A stretch of 63,891 nucleotides of DNA, counting the filler, from Thraustochytrium aureum (Eukaryota), in assembly GCA_012862495.1 (NCBI GenBank). It is 8 parts of 6 records of this genome, joined end to end, with 100 filler letters (N's around TTAATTAATTAA, not from the genome) between each part and the next. Parts side by side here need not be neighbours in the genome. Positions count along the whole stretch, not along the records: positions 28,126 to 57,752 come from BLSG01000420.1; 7 more parts are not named here. The stretch is one strand, 5' to 3'. The position numbers and the translations under genes were made by a program. The notes under the pieces are model-generated. The model ran no database searches. It was not told where the DNA came from and saw only the letters and a list, made by a program, of their open reading frames with translations. Positions within the stretch are counted from its first letter, which is position 1; each line of letters opens with the position of its first letter. Shown in pieces: positions 36,011-47,885 of the stretch.

Positions 36011-37692
36011 ATGGGGCGCAAAAAGCAGTTCATCGACAAAAAACTGCGCACAGGTTTGTGCTCATGCACCGGAGCCAGCAAGACCCCATGTACCACGATG
36101 AGGAGGGCAGCAAGCTGGTCTTGCACCCAGCCGATGCCGCCACGGCGAAGGCGCTTATCAAACTCGGCATGGGCGACCAGGTTGCAGGCGCAAGGCCGAG
36201 AAAACTCAGCAACGCCAACCTCTCAAACGAGGTGCAGCGTCCTGTCAAGGAGCTTCGCGAGGTGGACGAGCGCGGCTTTCCAATCGACGGATACGATTAC
36301 AACAAGCACTTGGCCCCCATCGGCGGTGGTGGCATGTTTGTTACGAAAACAGGCCAACTTCAGTCCTCCAACGAGGTGGCCATTCGTGCTACGCCCAGCA
36401 CTGCTACCCTCGACCAAGAAGTAGACGCCCTCGAAGAGTCGCTGTACAGAAAGAGCAGTGATGGTGCCGCCGCCAATCAAGCCCATGGCAAGCGCGCGCT
36501 CGGCCTCCCAACGGAAATGTTTGCCTCGGATCGGGCCATGGACCGCATGCTCGAGGCCATCACGCTCAGCACAGACCGCATGGACCCAGATATGAAGGCG
36601 CTCCTCGAAGAAGAAGTTGACTTTGAAGAGGCGGGCTTTGGCGACGAGCTCGAAGACTGCGTCAACACTCTTGAGGACGACTTTATGGGACAGCTCTTGG
36701 CCGCCGAGGAGGCTGCGGGGCCCGCCGAGAAGGGCTTCGACTTTGACGCCCACGTTGCACGCCTAATGGCCGAGGCCGACGACGGCTCCGACGGCGAGTA
36801 TGACGACCTCGACGAGGACGAGCGCGACGCCATGCTCGAGGAGGTGGCCGCCTCGCGGCCGCGTCGCGACATTGATACACACTTTGATACTCTCCTAGCC
36901 AACGAGTACGGCGACGACGAGATCGGCGAGCTCGAGCACGGCGCCTACGACGACCGCGTCGCAGGCACCGTGGACCTCGGTTCCGACCAAGTGCAGCGCC
37001 TCGTGAGCGAGTTTCAAACCGAACTCAACAGCGACAAGGAGCGCACCAAGGAGATTGGGGCGACCGAAGGAAACAAATTTGTGCGCGACCTGCAAAGGCT
37101 CGAGGTGCGAGCTGAAAACGCCGCAGCCGCTGCAGCAGCCGGCATAGAGGGGGAGGACGGGACCGAATCAGACGCTTCGGAGCCTTCTCCGGAGGAGATC
37201 AACAGCCACTTTGGGTACCAGACCAAGGACAAGGCCAAATGGGACTGCGAGACGATTGTCAGCACCTACTCCATCCTAGACAACCATCCCAAGCTCGTCA
37301 AAGCGGACCCATCAAAGAGGAAAAAGAACCGCAAGCCGCGCCTGCAACGCCAGGCCGAGGGCGACGAGTCATGTGCAGCCTCCCACGGTGCGAGCGACGA
37401 GGGCGGCAGCGAGTCTGGCGACCGAGACGATGGCCCGAGCAGGGCCGACGGAGCCGCGGCCGCCTACGCCATGCTGATGGGCAGCACGGCTGTGCCGCGA
37501 GACCGCGAGGAGACGGCCGAGGAGAAACGGCTTCGGAAGAACCTCATCAAGGAGGAGCAGCGCCGCCGCCGCTCCGAGAAAAAGTCGACCAAGCTAGTCT
37601 TCAAGGAGGAGCGCGTAAAGCAAAAGCGCTTCAACCAGGCGCTCAAGGCGGCCGCTGCCCCGCCCAACGGCACCTCGACCTTCAAGTTCTGA
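36011..37692 (+). CDS. LTV1: 40S ribosome biogenesis factor LTV1; one frame break at A6 36038-36043
   Basis: MGRKKQFIDKK/TAHRFVLMHRSQQDP, DGYDYNKHL, EYGDDEIGEL, KWDCETIVSTYSILDNHPKL and ETAEEKRLRK...RRSEKKSTKLVFKEE. Confidence 0.95.
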
Positions 37693-37770
37693 CTTGCCTC
37701 TGTCCATTTTCTCTCTGGGAAGGAATACATTTGTTTATATAACCTCCGTGGCGCACGCAAGGATTGGCGC

Positions 37771-39429
37771 TCAGTCCGAGTACTCGGTGGTAAGAGCCGT
37801 GTGGAACTTTGCAAACCGATCCAGGACCTGGTCCATAACATCCTCAGGCGGCAGGAAGGTGGTGCGAAAGTGAAAACTGCCCTCCCGCTGCCCAAAACCA
37901 GACCCTGGCACAACCACCAACCCAGTGCCTTCCAAGAGGCGCAGTGCGTAAGCTTGATCGGGCTCCGTGCCTGCGGCGCGGGCTTCAGCCACAAAGCGTT
38001 CTGGGAGAGAAATCTCCGGAAAGGCATACATGGCGCCCTCGATGCGGTTGCAACGCACCCCAGGCGTCGCATTGAGCGTCCGCTCGAGCTTGGCAGCGCG
38101 CGACGCCAGCGAGCGAAACACTGCAGTGCGCTCCATATCATACGTCTGAAACGAGGGTTGACCGGGCCGCGGCGGGTTGACCATGAGGCCCACCGCCAGC
38201 TGGCCAGGGACGTTCGAGCAGAGCCCGATCGAAGCCATCTTGTAGACCTGGTCCTTGACCGCGCGCGGAAACCCTATGTACTCCACGTACCCGCCGCGGA
38301 GGCCACACTCGCCCACGACACCTTTGGAAACCGAGTGGAACGAGGCCATTTGGAACGGCTCCGCCAGCGACCCATCTTTGCGCAAGAGGCCATACTCGTG
38401 CAGCGCTCGCCGAAACGACACGAACGGGCGGTCCTCGCGGTACACATTGGTCTGGTACACCTCATCTGCCAGCAGAACAAGGTTTTCTGCTTGCAAAACT
38501 TGATGAGCTCCAACATGCTCTCTAGTGGCAGCGTGCTCCCGGTCGGGTTGCCAGGATTGATCACCACCAGTGCGCGCACGTTCTTGCCAGCCGCGCGGGC
38601 CTTGTTCAGCGCGAGAACCAGCTGCTCTTTGTCCAAGTCCCAGCCAGACTCTTCACCCATCAAGTAGCCAGCCATGTGCCCGCCAAGCAGCGTAGTCAGC
38701 GACGAATACAGCGGGTATTGTGGGATGGGCACCAAAACGGCATCGTCGCTGGACCGCAGCAGCAGAGTCAGCAGCTGCTGCACGGCCTGGCTCGCGCCGG
38801 CACTCAAGAATATGTCGCGCGGGTCGGCCTGCACGCCGCCGTCCCGCTCCGTGATAAAGGCGGCCACCTCCTGGCGCACCATACCGACCCCCTGCGACTC
38901 GCTGTACGCCCCGACAGAGGTGATTGCGCCAAGGTACGCCCGAGCGCGTTCGACCGCGTCGCTTGGAAAAGACTTGAGAACGGCTGGGTCTTCAAGCATG
39001 TCTGGGTTGAGCGCCAGCGAGAGGACTTGGCGTGAAAACGTGATCGGCTTTTGACCGAGCGCCTGCGGGTTGCCGATGTTGCACTTGACCACTTTGGTGA
39101 ATGGGTCTGCGTGAGGACGGCCACGTCAGCGCCGCCTGCCACCAGACTCTAGGTGTGGCAGCTCAAAGGCGCAGGCGCACACCAAACAAGTGCAAGCCTA
39201 AAACTCACACTCCCGCTTGCCGGTCCGCAGGTCCTCTTCAATCTCTAGCGCTCGAAGCAGCACGGGCCCGCGCACCGCGTACTCGGCCTTGATCACATTC
39301 TCGTTCATCGTCGCCTCGTTCAACTGGCCCTGCGACCCCTCGCACACGGCGTCCTCCGCAGCGCACAGTTCCATCGGCGCCATGCAAGCCGCGAGCCACG
39401 CCGCACCGGCGGCGGCGACACGGCCCGTC
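37771..39429 (-). CDS. GPT: Alanine aminotransferase (PLP-dependent); two exons, one frame break near 38495, 5' end at the gap
   Basis: AEYAVRG, CNIGNPQALGQKPITF, GAYSESQG, PIPQYPLYS, VVINPGNPTG, ADEVYQ, SFHSVSKG..GECGLRGGY and VVPGSGFGQ...HFRTT. Confidence 0.95.
39107..39208 (-). other. Spliceosomal GT-AG intron (102 bp) in the ALT gene
   Basis: Donor GTGAGT, branch-like GCTGAC and acceptor CGCAG. Splicing restores GKRE-Y-PFTKVVKCNIGNP and removes an in-frame TAG. Confidence 0.88.
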
Positions 39430-40027
39430 NNNNNNNNNNNNNNNNNNNNNNNNNNNNNNNNNNNNNNNNNNNNNNNNNNNNNNNNNNNNNNNNNNNNNNN
39501 NNNNNNNNNNNNNNNNNNNNNNNNNNNNNNNNNNNNNNNNNNNNNNNNNNNNNNNNNNNNNNNNNNNNNNNNNNNNNNNNNNNNNNNNNNNNNNNNNNNN
39601 NNNNNNNNNNNNNNNNNNNNNNNNNNNNNNNNNNNNNNNNNNNNNNNNNNNNNNNNNNNNNNNNNNNNNNNNNNNNNNNNNNNNNNNNNNNNNNNNNNNN
39701 NNNNNNNNNNNNNNNNNNNNNNNNNNNNNNNNNNNNNNNNNNNNNNNNNNNNNNNNNNNNNNNNNNNNNNNNNNNNNNNNNNNNNNNNNNNNNNNNNNNN
39801 NNNNNNNNNNNNNNNNNNNNNNNNNNNNNNNNNNNNNNNNNNNNNNNNNNNNNNNNNNNNNNNNNNNNNNNNNNNNNNNNNNNNNNNNNNNNNNNNNNNN
39901 NNNNNNNNNNNNNNNNNNNNNNNNNNNNNNNNNNNNNNNNNNNNNNNNNNNNNNNNNNNNNNNNNNNNNNNNNNNNNNNNNNNNNNNNNNNNNNNNNNNN
40001 NNNNNNNNNNNNNNNNNNNNNNNNNNN

Positions 40028-41329
40028 GCAGCATCCTCCGCGGTTCCCTCCGCAGGCACAGTTTGCCCCACTTGCTCAGATTCCTCCACTGGCTCAGTGA
40101 GCTCTGCTGTTGTCCCTTCCTCTTGCGCAGGCGCGGCTCGTTCCTCCGCAGGCGCGATGTCTGCCGCTTGAGAAGAGCCCTCTACAAGTTCGTCTGCGTC
40201 CTCCTCGGCGCCTGGAGCGGCCCCCTCGGGTTGCTTTGCTCCAGAATCATTTTCAGGCGCAGGGTCTGCGGACGTGCCGGGTTGCCCTCCAAGTGGAGCC
40301 GCACTAGCGTCAGGATCGTCGCCCTCGCCCAGAGGCGCGACTTGCTCTGATCCAGTCTCCTCGCTGCCGACTTGCTGGCCCCTCCGACGACGCTGCCGGG
40401 AGTTCGCTTGTGCTCGCAGTGGGCTCCTCAAGGACAGCGTGCTCTGCGCCAGCGGCGCTCCCCTTAGCCTCGTCTCCGTCCGCTGCACTAGCGAGCGCTA
40501 CGTTCTCCGCCACTGCCTCGTCAACGCTGGCGGACGGATCAGCTACGTCATCAGCATATTCTGTCTCTCCGGCTTTCGTCTCCTCCGAGGGGTCCGCCGC
40601 GCTCCCTTCGGGCGCAGAGTCCGCAGGAATGTCCTTGGCCACCTCGTCCATCGGCTCGCTCGCTGGTGCGCGGCCAGCTTCTGTGCCGGCGTCGTCGGTC
40701 GGGTCCCCCTGCGCCTCGCCTTCTGGGGCCTCTGCTGGAACCGGCGAGCCGCGAAGAAAGGCAAGCAGCTGCTGCGCGCTAGTGACAGGGCGCGGCGCCT
40801 TCTCCTTGGCCCAAGCGATGTAGTGGTCCCGGGGGATGTCGCGCTCCTCGCCAGGGGAAAAGCCAAAGTCCGCCCGCAGCATGTTGGCCACTTTGTCGTC
40901 GTCTGCTTCCTCTGCGCCGTCCGTGTCCCCAGTCAAGTGCGCGAGCCCCTGCGCTGCGCACATGAGCATTATGGTGAGCTCATCAAAGCTTATCTCTGCG
41001 CGCTTTTGAAAGTCGAAAATGTCGTACATAAGCTCAATCTTGGCCTCGTTCGTGCCCTTGGAGAGAATCGCAAACCCCTCCAAAAAGTCCAGTGCATTGA
41101 GTGTCTTCGTCTGCGCTGCATTCGGAAACGCCGCCATTACAGCTTCGACGGTCGGCTCCTCAATGCCAAGGTCGCACTCGCGGAACAGCCTCTGCAGATC
41201 CTCAGCCGTGATCCCAAAGTCCATATCAAGCGCCAAGTACTTGTCCAACAGCGCCCTCGCCGTATCCGTCCCAAACGCGCCTAAAGCCTCGTCCAGTGGC
41301 GCCTTGAACTTGACCGTCAGGTTGCCCAT
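40028..41329 (-). CDS. N-myristoylated EF-hand (NCS/calcineurin B-like) protein with a long acidic Ala/Glu tail; 3' end in the gap
   Basis: MGNLT start, LNALDFLEGF, KIELMYDIFDFQKRAEISFDEL; the acidic tail continues in a second frame after about 40350. Confidence 0.75.
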
Positions 41330-41737
41330 CCTCCCCGTCGCGAACCGAGCCACCACAGCCGAACCAGACGGCTGTCGCACGACCGACCAGGCCACTAACG
41401 ACGGCTACCTCCACGCGCGCGTCTTTCCCGCCCGTGACACAGGCGCTGGCCTCCCAAAAGCGTCTGCTCCTTCTGCTCCTTCTGCTCCTCTGCCCCCAAT
41501 CCGGCTCTGCTGCTCCCTCCTCCATCAGCCGTTGCAACAACGACAACGGCAACCTCCCCCGGATCCCCCCCCGCCAGCCTCTAATGCACGCACGCCGCGC
41601 GCTCGACCCAAAAGTTGCGTCACAAGGTACCGTTGCGTGACGCGTCCGCGACGGGGCTCGCGCGCCGGGATGGGATTCCGCGCAAAGGGCGCGGGAGCAA
41701 GTCTTTGAGGCAGAGTCTGCAGAGTCTGCTGCGGGCG

Positions 41738-41792
41738 CGCAGGCAGGCAGGCAGGCAGGCAGGCAGGCGCGCAGGCAGGCAGGCGGGCGGGC
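41738..41792. repeat. (GCAG)n microsatellite in a divergent promoter region
   Basis: gcaggcaggcaggcaggcaggc... between the EF-hand and lectin genes. Confidence 0.85.
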
Positions 41793-41898
41793 GCGGAGCG
41801 GGCGTGCTCCATCCAGAGGCTTGGGCTGCGCGCTTTGGCGTGCGTTGCTTGGACTGTCGCTGTGCGCTTGGTTTGGTCCCGGGCCTGCTCCGCTGAGC

Positions 41899-42645
41899 AT
41901 GGGCAGAACGGTTTGGACACTCGTTGTGGCGCTGCTGGCCTTGGCCCGGGTGGGCGCGGCCGAAGGACCGAGGGCGCAGGTGGATCTGCTTGCCGATGCG
42001 GACAAGCTCGAGCCCCAGGGCGCCCTGGGCTACCCCGTGGAGATCTTGCCGCGGGGGAACAGGACGACGTTTGCGATTGAGACCATGTTGAACGGCAAGC
42101 TCCAGGTCGTCGCGCTCGGCAAGGACGGCCAGATCTGGCACGTGTTCCAACTCGCGAACGGGACGTGGGTGAACTGGCGCCAGCTTACCACAGTTTGCCC
42201 CGCGGGCGCCGACCGCGAGCGCGTGTGCCGGTTCGACGGCGACCCCGCCATCGGGCGCAACAAGGACGGCCGCCTGGAGGTGTTCATGCGGTTTGCCGAG
42301 AATCTCGACCTTTGGCAAATGTACCAAACGGACCCGACAGACCCCACGCAATGGAGCATGCCCCGCGAGGGCTCGTGCGTGGACCAGGATCAGTCCACGG
42401 CAGTATGGACCTGCTTGCAAGCGGGCGTGCCTTCCAACCAGTCCGAGTCGCACTACTGGATCATTGACAGCCCTGTGTTTCCCACAAGCGACGTGACCGT
42501 GCTGCAGGACCGATCTTCGGGCAAGCTGCAAGTTTTCTACCGCAACTTCGAGGGGCACATGTACAAGGTGGAGCAGCTCGTTGCAGGCCGCTCCGAGCGG
42601 TACACGACGCCGACGATCATGACCTCGACCGTTCTCTTCATCTAG
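41899..42645 (+). CDS. Secreted protein with PLL-like (fucose-binding lectin) beta-propeller blades
   Basis: Signal peptide plus three repeats: LNGKLQVVALGKDGQIWHVFQ..GTWVNW, GDPAIGRNKDGRLEVFMR...LWQMYQ...QWS and SDVTVLQDRSSGKLQVFYRNFEGHMY. Confidence 0.75.
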   Translation: MGRTVWTLVVALLALARVGAAEGPRAQVDLLADADKLEPQGALGYPVEILPRGNRTTFAIETMLNGKLQVVALGKDGQIWHVFQLANGTWVNWRQLTTVCPAGADRERVCRFDGDPAIGRNKDGRLEVFMRFAENLDLWQMYQTDPTDPTQWSMPREGSCVDQDQSTAVWTCLQAGVPSNQSESHYWIIDSPVFPTSDVTVLQDRSSGKLQVFYRNFEGHMYKVEQLVAGRSERYTTPTIMTSTVLFI

Positions 42646-42840
42646 AGCCTCCTTGTACGACGGGCGCAAACTGCTTTGCCGAACCCAGCCCACGCTTGAG
42701 CTTACAAGATACGCATTCCTCGTCGTGCCCGCCTGCTCGCCTTGGACCTCTCTCTCGACTCCAGAGAGGGGGCAGCGGAGCAGCATGGGTGCGAGTAAGT
42801 AGGTGTAGGGACGCCAGGCGAGAGCCTCTAGAGACGGTAG

Positions 42841-42907
42841 AGCAACTCCAAACTGAGGCCCCAATCGCACCCAGCAACTCCGAATTGAGGCCCCAATCGC
42901 ACTCAGC
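42841..42907. repeat. 32-bp tandem duplication between convergent genes
   Basis: agcaactccaaactgaggccccaatcgcac followed by agcaactccgaattgaggccccaatcgcac. Confidence 0.8.
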
Positions 42908-42951
42908 ACCTTTACTTCTTTCCACTACTCCACTTTCTCGGCCACAGCAGC

Positions 42952-44493
42952 TTAGCTTTTCCTGAAAAAGGCCGACTCGTCGCGCGGGTCGAGGTGCTCG
43001 ATCGACTTTTGAAACTCCAACAACATTTCGTCTTCGCTCTTCTCTGACGGGGCCTGCGGGCGATAACGTTCCACCGACTCGAAAAACTGGGAGCAAAACT
43101 GGCACACGCGCACCTGGTCGTAGCAACGCGGCACCCGAGTGAGGCTGCTATTCGGTTTGATTGGAACACCCCACGACCGCCGCACGTCAATCACAGCCTT
43201 GAAGGAGATGTTGAGCGGTAGGTTGACTGCGCTAAACACCTTTTCGCACAGCCCGCACTGCTTGAGGCGCTTCCCGCCATACTTTTCTTGAAGCTGGACC
43301 TGCTCGGCCGGGGAAAGACGCTTGGCTTCGCGCTCGCGCTCGCGCTCCAGTTTGACCTGGTGCTCGGCGTTGATGATACCCACGCGCAGGTCGCGCGCCA
43401 TTATTTTCATCGTCGTGCTGTACGTGGCAGGGTGCTCCTTCTGGCGTCTGTCTTCCTTCCAGAGAACCAACGGGCCAGAAGCAGACTTTGAGACTGCAGC
43501 CGAGTCGCGCTTGCGGCGTGATGGCTCCTTGGCATTGTCCGCCTTGCCTTCCCCATCGACGTGCGCCCTGCTGGCGTCGTGCGGAGCGATACTAGATCGG
43601 CTCTGCAGTGCATTGCCCTCAAACCGCTGCCCGATTCGCTTGGTTGGAGAACTTTGTTGCGCGGATCGCTCCAGCCGCTTGGCAAGCTCCGACACCGAGC
43701 TGGAGCCTTCGGGATCGGCAGTGGGCTCGCGAACGCCGCCCCGGGGCCTCGCATTCGTCATCCCATCGCCGTAGCGGACGCCGTGCGGGACATTCTGGCG
43801 CCGAGTCACGTCGCCGTTGTTTGTCATAAACCGCCCCTCATTTAGGGGCACCTCGAGCGCGATGCTGTAGAGATCTTTTTCAACGGCGTGCTCCATTGCC
43901 AGCGCTTGATCCAAAAGGCTCATTTCGTCCAGCTCGTCGCATTCCTCCTCAAACGCCAAGACGCTGTCGACGCACTTGCCGCCTTTGCTCCTAGTTTATT
44001 TCTTGATCGCTGCCTGTTGCTCTGCTTCTGTGCGCCCAGCCCCCTGCGACAGGCCGTGCTGCCTTTCTGTGGCCCCTGCCACGCCGGGCTGGACGCGCCC
44101 GCCGTGCGCCGCAGAGGGACCGAGCCCGACGCCACGACCTGCAGCGGCAAGAATGCTACTCCGTCCTTGTTGTGGATGCATCGGCTGAGTCGGCTGCTGG
44201 CCGCCTTTCAAGTTGGCTCGCGCCGCGCGGGCCCTGCAAAGATACTCGACGCAAACCTCCACGTTGCTCTGGTTGCTTACGGGTGCCCCGTGGGCGGCCA
44301 CAACTTGCTCCATAGCGGGGAAGTCAATGGCACGTGACAGCTGGTACCAGGCTTCAAGGGCCCCAGCACTCGATCCTGCCGTTGACTCTGCCTCAACTAG
44401 ATCGAGCTCGAGCCCTTTGAGCGCGTTGACCAGCTTGTGCTTGACCATAAAGTCGCGCACAAGGCAGGCGGCAAAATCCTTGACACCCGCCAT
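42952..44493 (-). CDS. LisH-motif protein with C-terminal CxxC...CxxC zinc-binding domain; one frame break near 44000
   Basis: N-terminal CLVRDFMVKHKLVNALKGLELD is LisH-like; C-terminal KQCGLCEKVF...YDQVRVCQFCSQFF. Confidence 0.65.
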
Positions 44494-44610
44494 CCCTTCC
44501 TCTTTCTCGCGCGCTGCCTTCGACGCGCCAGGCTCTGCCAGGAGCCCGTATGCCGTCCCAACCCGTGACGATCAGTCGCGGCCTTCCGCGCGTCCACAAG
44601 CAAGAAGGCA

Positions 44611-44952
44611 GCGATCTCACCCACGGGACTCTTGCGTCGCAGAGATCTCAGTTGCCCACGGGCGTCCTGTAAAGCTCCTGTGCTGCAGCGGTATCTCGCG
44701 CACGGGACTCTTGCGTCGCAGAGATCTTAGTTGCCCACGGGTGTCCAGTATGTTTCCTGTGTCGCAGTGGTAGTCTCGCGCACGGGACTCTTGCGTCGCA
44801 GGGATCTTAGTTGCCCACGGGCGTCCAGCACTTCCCCTGCGCGGCCGTGGTAATCTCGCGCACGGGCCGCCGTCCCGCAGGGATCTTTACTTTTCCCCCG
44901 GGGCGTCCAGCACCTCCCCTGCGCGGCCGTGGTGATCTCGCGCACGGGTCTC
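44611..44952. repeat. About 80-bp minisatellite, about 4.3 copies
   Basis: The unit (a/g)tctcgcgcacgggactcttgcgtcgcagagatcttagttgcccacgggcgtcc... restarts near 44614, 44693, 44773, 44853 and 44935. Confidence 0.9.
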
Positions 44953-45405
44953 CTCTGCCGCGTCCGCGCGGTCACTGGCGCGCTGCGGCACCCAAAGGCC
45001 CTTGCTTCGTTCCTGCGAACGGATCTCCCCGCAAAACCACAGCTTCGAGACCTATTCCTAAAAGCAGAGGGGCAGGTCANNNNNNNNNNNNNNNNNNNNN
45101 NNNNNNNNNNNNNNNNNNNNNNNNNNNNNNNNNNNNNNNNNNNNAGGTTAGGTTCAATTTTGAGCGGGGGGTTAGGGTTGAAGGGGGGTTAGGTTTGATT
45201 TGAAATCGCCGAATGCGGCGGCAGAGGGGATTGAAGCGGCGTCGCGGCCTTCTTCCTCGCGGGGTCGGGCTGCCTGCCCGGTTGTGGAGTCCCTGCTTCG
45301 CTCCCGCGTGCCTGCCCGCGCGTGCCTGCCCGCGCGTGCCTGCCCGCGTGTGCCTGCCCGCGTGTGCCAGCGAGGGCGGGCGTTTGCGGCTCTGTTGGTG
45401 GTGGG

Positions 45406-46472
45406 ATGGCGGCCGAGATGGAGCGGAAAAGCCTGGCGCGGCTACGCCAGCGGACGACGGAAACATGCCCTGGATCGAACGGTACAGGCCCAAGCGCCTT
45501 GGCGATTTAGTTGCGCAGGACGACATCGTGTCGACGATCAGGAAGCTCGTCGACGCCAACAGACTGCCACACCTGCTCTTTTACGGACCGCCCGGGACGG
45601 GCAAGACCTCCACCATCCTGGCTGTCGCGCGAGAAATGTACGGGAACAAGACGCGCACCATGGTGCTCGAACTCAATGCTTCCGACGCGCGCGGCATCGA
45701 CGTCGTGCGCAACGAGATCCAAAACTTTGCCGGCACACGGAAGCTGTTCGCGTCCGGAACCAAGCTTGTCGTCCTGGACGAGTGCGACAACATGACCAAG
45801 GACGCGCAAATGGCGCTCAGACGGGTGATCGAAAAGTACTCATCCAACGCGCGGTTTTGCCTGATCTGTAACTATGCGAGCAAGATCATCCCGGCGCTCC
45901 AGTCGCGCTGTACGCGCTTCCGCTTCGCGCCGCTCAAGCAGCATCTCGTTGTGGGCCGCGTCAAGGAGATCGTGGGCCATGAGCAGGTCGACCTCACGGA
46001 CGGGGGTCTGCGCGCTGTGCTCAAGCTCGGCAAGGGCGACATGCGCAAGATCCTCAACATCCTGCAATCGACCGCCCTTGCGCATGGCCGGCGCGTTACA
46101 GAAGACGCTGTCTACCGCTGCACGGGGATGCCGACCGAAGATGATGTCAAAACGTGCCGGGACGCCTTGTTCAACGAGTCGATTGGCACTGCTTTTGCGA
46201 CGGTGCGCCACGTCCAGATCTCGAGCGGGCTTGCGCTCCTCGACATAATCTCGGCGCTGCACGAGCACCTCGTTGCCGTCAAGATGCCGCCGAAGATGCG
46301 CGTGCTACTCTTGAGCAGGATGGCAGAGATCGAGTACGCTCTTGCGGCGGGGACCTCGGAGCAGCTTCAACTTGGGGCCCTCGTTGGCGTCTTTTACCTG
46401 GCCCGAGCGATGCTGGCCAAGGGGCTTCCAGGGCCAAGCGCGACGGCGGCCGCCCCAATGGACATTGAGTAG
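45406..46472 (+). CDS. RFC5: Replication factor C small subunit (human RFC5 / yeast Rfc3 type)
   Basis: MPWIERYRP, LPHLLFYGPPGTGKTSTILA, ELNASDARGIDVVR, LDECD and PALQSRCTRFRF. The start is either 45406 (with a frame break) or 45465. Confidence 0.93.
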
Positions 46473-46781
46473 GCACAGGCACAGCCTTACGCGGACAAGC
46501 TACATTTGTTTTTGGTCGCTCGTGTTCCCGTTGCTTTCGTTACGTGGCGTCGACACTTGCCTCACACCGCAACCGTCCAATCAGTCCCAAGGGTTTTTAA
46601 AGGTTGAGCTCGTACCAGCGGCGCGCTCGGGGGAGCGGCTCGGCCCTTGGCAAACGCGAGCCTCGCAGGGCCCGACGCCCGGCTGACTACCCATCCCTCT
46701 GGCAGGCAGCGGGGCCAGAGCCGCCCGACTTTGTCCCCACCGGACCTACACTGGCAAAGTGCGACCGACAGTCAAGCCAAG

Positions 46782-47756
46782 CTAAACGCAATTGTCGCAG
46801 AGCGTGGCGCAGACGTCCGTGAACGAGATGACGCGCTCCGGCTGGTTCTTGTCGTTGACCACGTACAGATGGTGCACGTTGGTCGCGAGCAGCTTGGAGA
46901 CGACCATCTGCAACCTATCGCCGCCCTGGACACCAAAGAAGGGAAACACCTCATTGTCGGAGCGCTCGCGCGACTCGACGATGTACTGCCAGCAGGACAT
47001 GACTAGCGTTGAAAAGCGCTTGGTCTGGAACAGCATCTTGATGTCACTCATGCTGATCGACCCCGCAAGCGCTCCCGTCGAGGGGTCCACCACAGCCACC
47101 ACCGAGTGGCGCGTCTGGTGCATGAGGTGCATCGCCTCGAGTACGGCCTGGGTTTTCTTCACGCTCTGCACGGGGCTGTGCCCGACGACCAATTCTGCCA
47201 CCGTCCCGTGCATGACGCTGTCGTTGCGGCCCTCGAGGCGGCCCATCAGGTACTTTACCACGGCAGAGGGCGAGAGAATGGCAACCACGGGGCCGCCAGC
47301 CTCTGTGGCCACCACGGCGCGCCGAAGCCGCTTGTCTTTGAACAGCCTCGTCGCCTCCAGGAGCGACGACGAGGCTAGGATTTCCACTTTGGGGTTGCGC
47401 TCGGAGAGGTCGATCGCCTTGCTGATGGGCTCCGAGCCGAGCTCGCCCCAGACCGCGTTGCCGTTCTTGAGCGAGCCGGGCGTCTCCCAGTTCATCTTGA
47501 GCAGGAAGGCCACCGCGTCCGAAAAGTCGACTATCCCCAGGCAAGTCCCGTCCTTGGTGAACACGGGCAGCGAGGAGACGTGGTTGTCCGCCAGCCGTTC
47601 GCAGACGAGCAGCACGTTTTCGTCCTCCTCTGCCCGCACCATGCCGCCCTCACTCAGCTGCCCGTGGACGACGTCCAGCACCGTGGTGGACTCGAGGATA
47701 TCCTTGAGCAGCGGCAGGGGCGTCCCCGAAAACCCGTCGATCACCTTGTCATCCAT
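46782..47756 (-). CDS. Four-CBS-domain protein (AMPK gamma/SNF4-like)
   Basis: LADNHVSSLPV, GIVDFSD, LAGSISMSDIK and NVHHLYVV...VISFTDV. Confidence 0.85.
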   Translation of the reverse strand: MDDKVIDGFSGTPLPLLKDILESTTVLDVVHGQLSEGGMVRAEEDENVLLVCERLADNHVSSLPVFTKDGTCLGIVDFSDAVAFLLKMNWETPGSLKNGNAVWGELGSEPISKAIDLSERNPKVEILASSSLLEATRLFKDKRLRRAVVATEAGGPVVAILSPSAVVKYLMGRLEGRNDSVMHGTVAELVVGHSPVQSVKKTQAVLEAMHLMHQTRHSVVAVVDPSTGALAGSISMSDIKMLFQTKRFSTLVMSCWQYIVESRERSDNEVFPFFGVQGGDRLQMVVSKLLATNVHHLYVVNDKNQPERVISFTDVCATLCDNCV

Positions 47757-47885
47757 CTTCGCGCCTTCCTCGCCGGCTCCGCAGGCGTTCCGAGCGCTTC
47801 AGTAGCGTCTGCGATCCGCGCTCCGCCGCCTGAAGGCTCGATCCCTCCTGCTGCGCGCGCGCACGTCCGCACCGCCTTTCGCATC

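Noticed and set aside
39238..40488. Fusion of the EF-hand acidic tail to alanine aminotransferase
   Set aside because: It is joined only through an N gap, so there is no sequence support.
44611..44952. CRISPR array
   Set aside because: The intervening segments are related to each other rather than unique spacers, there are no cas genes, and the context is eukaryotic.
45146..45196. Telomere or interstitial telomeric array
   Set aside because: There are only three scattered TTAGG(G) words and no tandem array.
46792..47805. Long antisense ORFs (also 1089-2303, 41620-42909, 49944-51209, 56506-57546)
   Set aside because: These are shadows of real genes, caused by high GC3 and stop-codon scarcity. 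The translations have no motifs.
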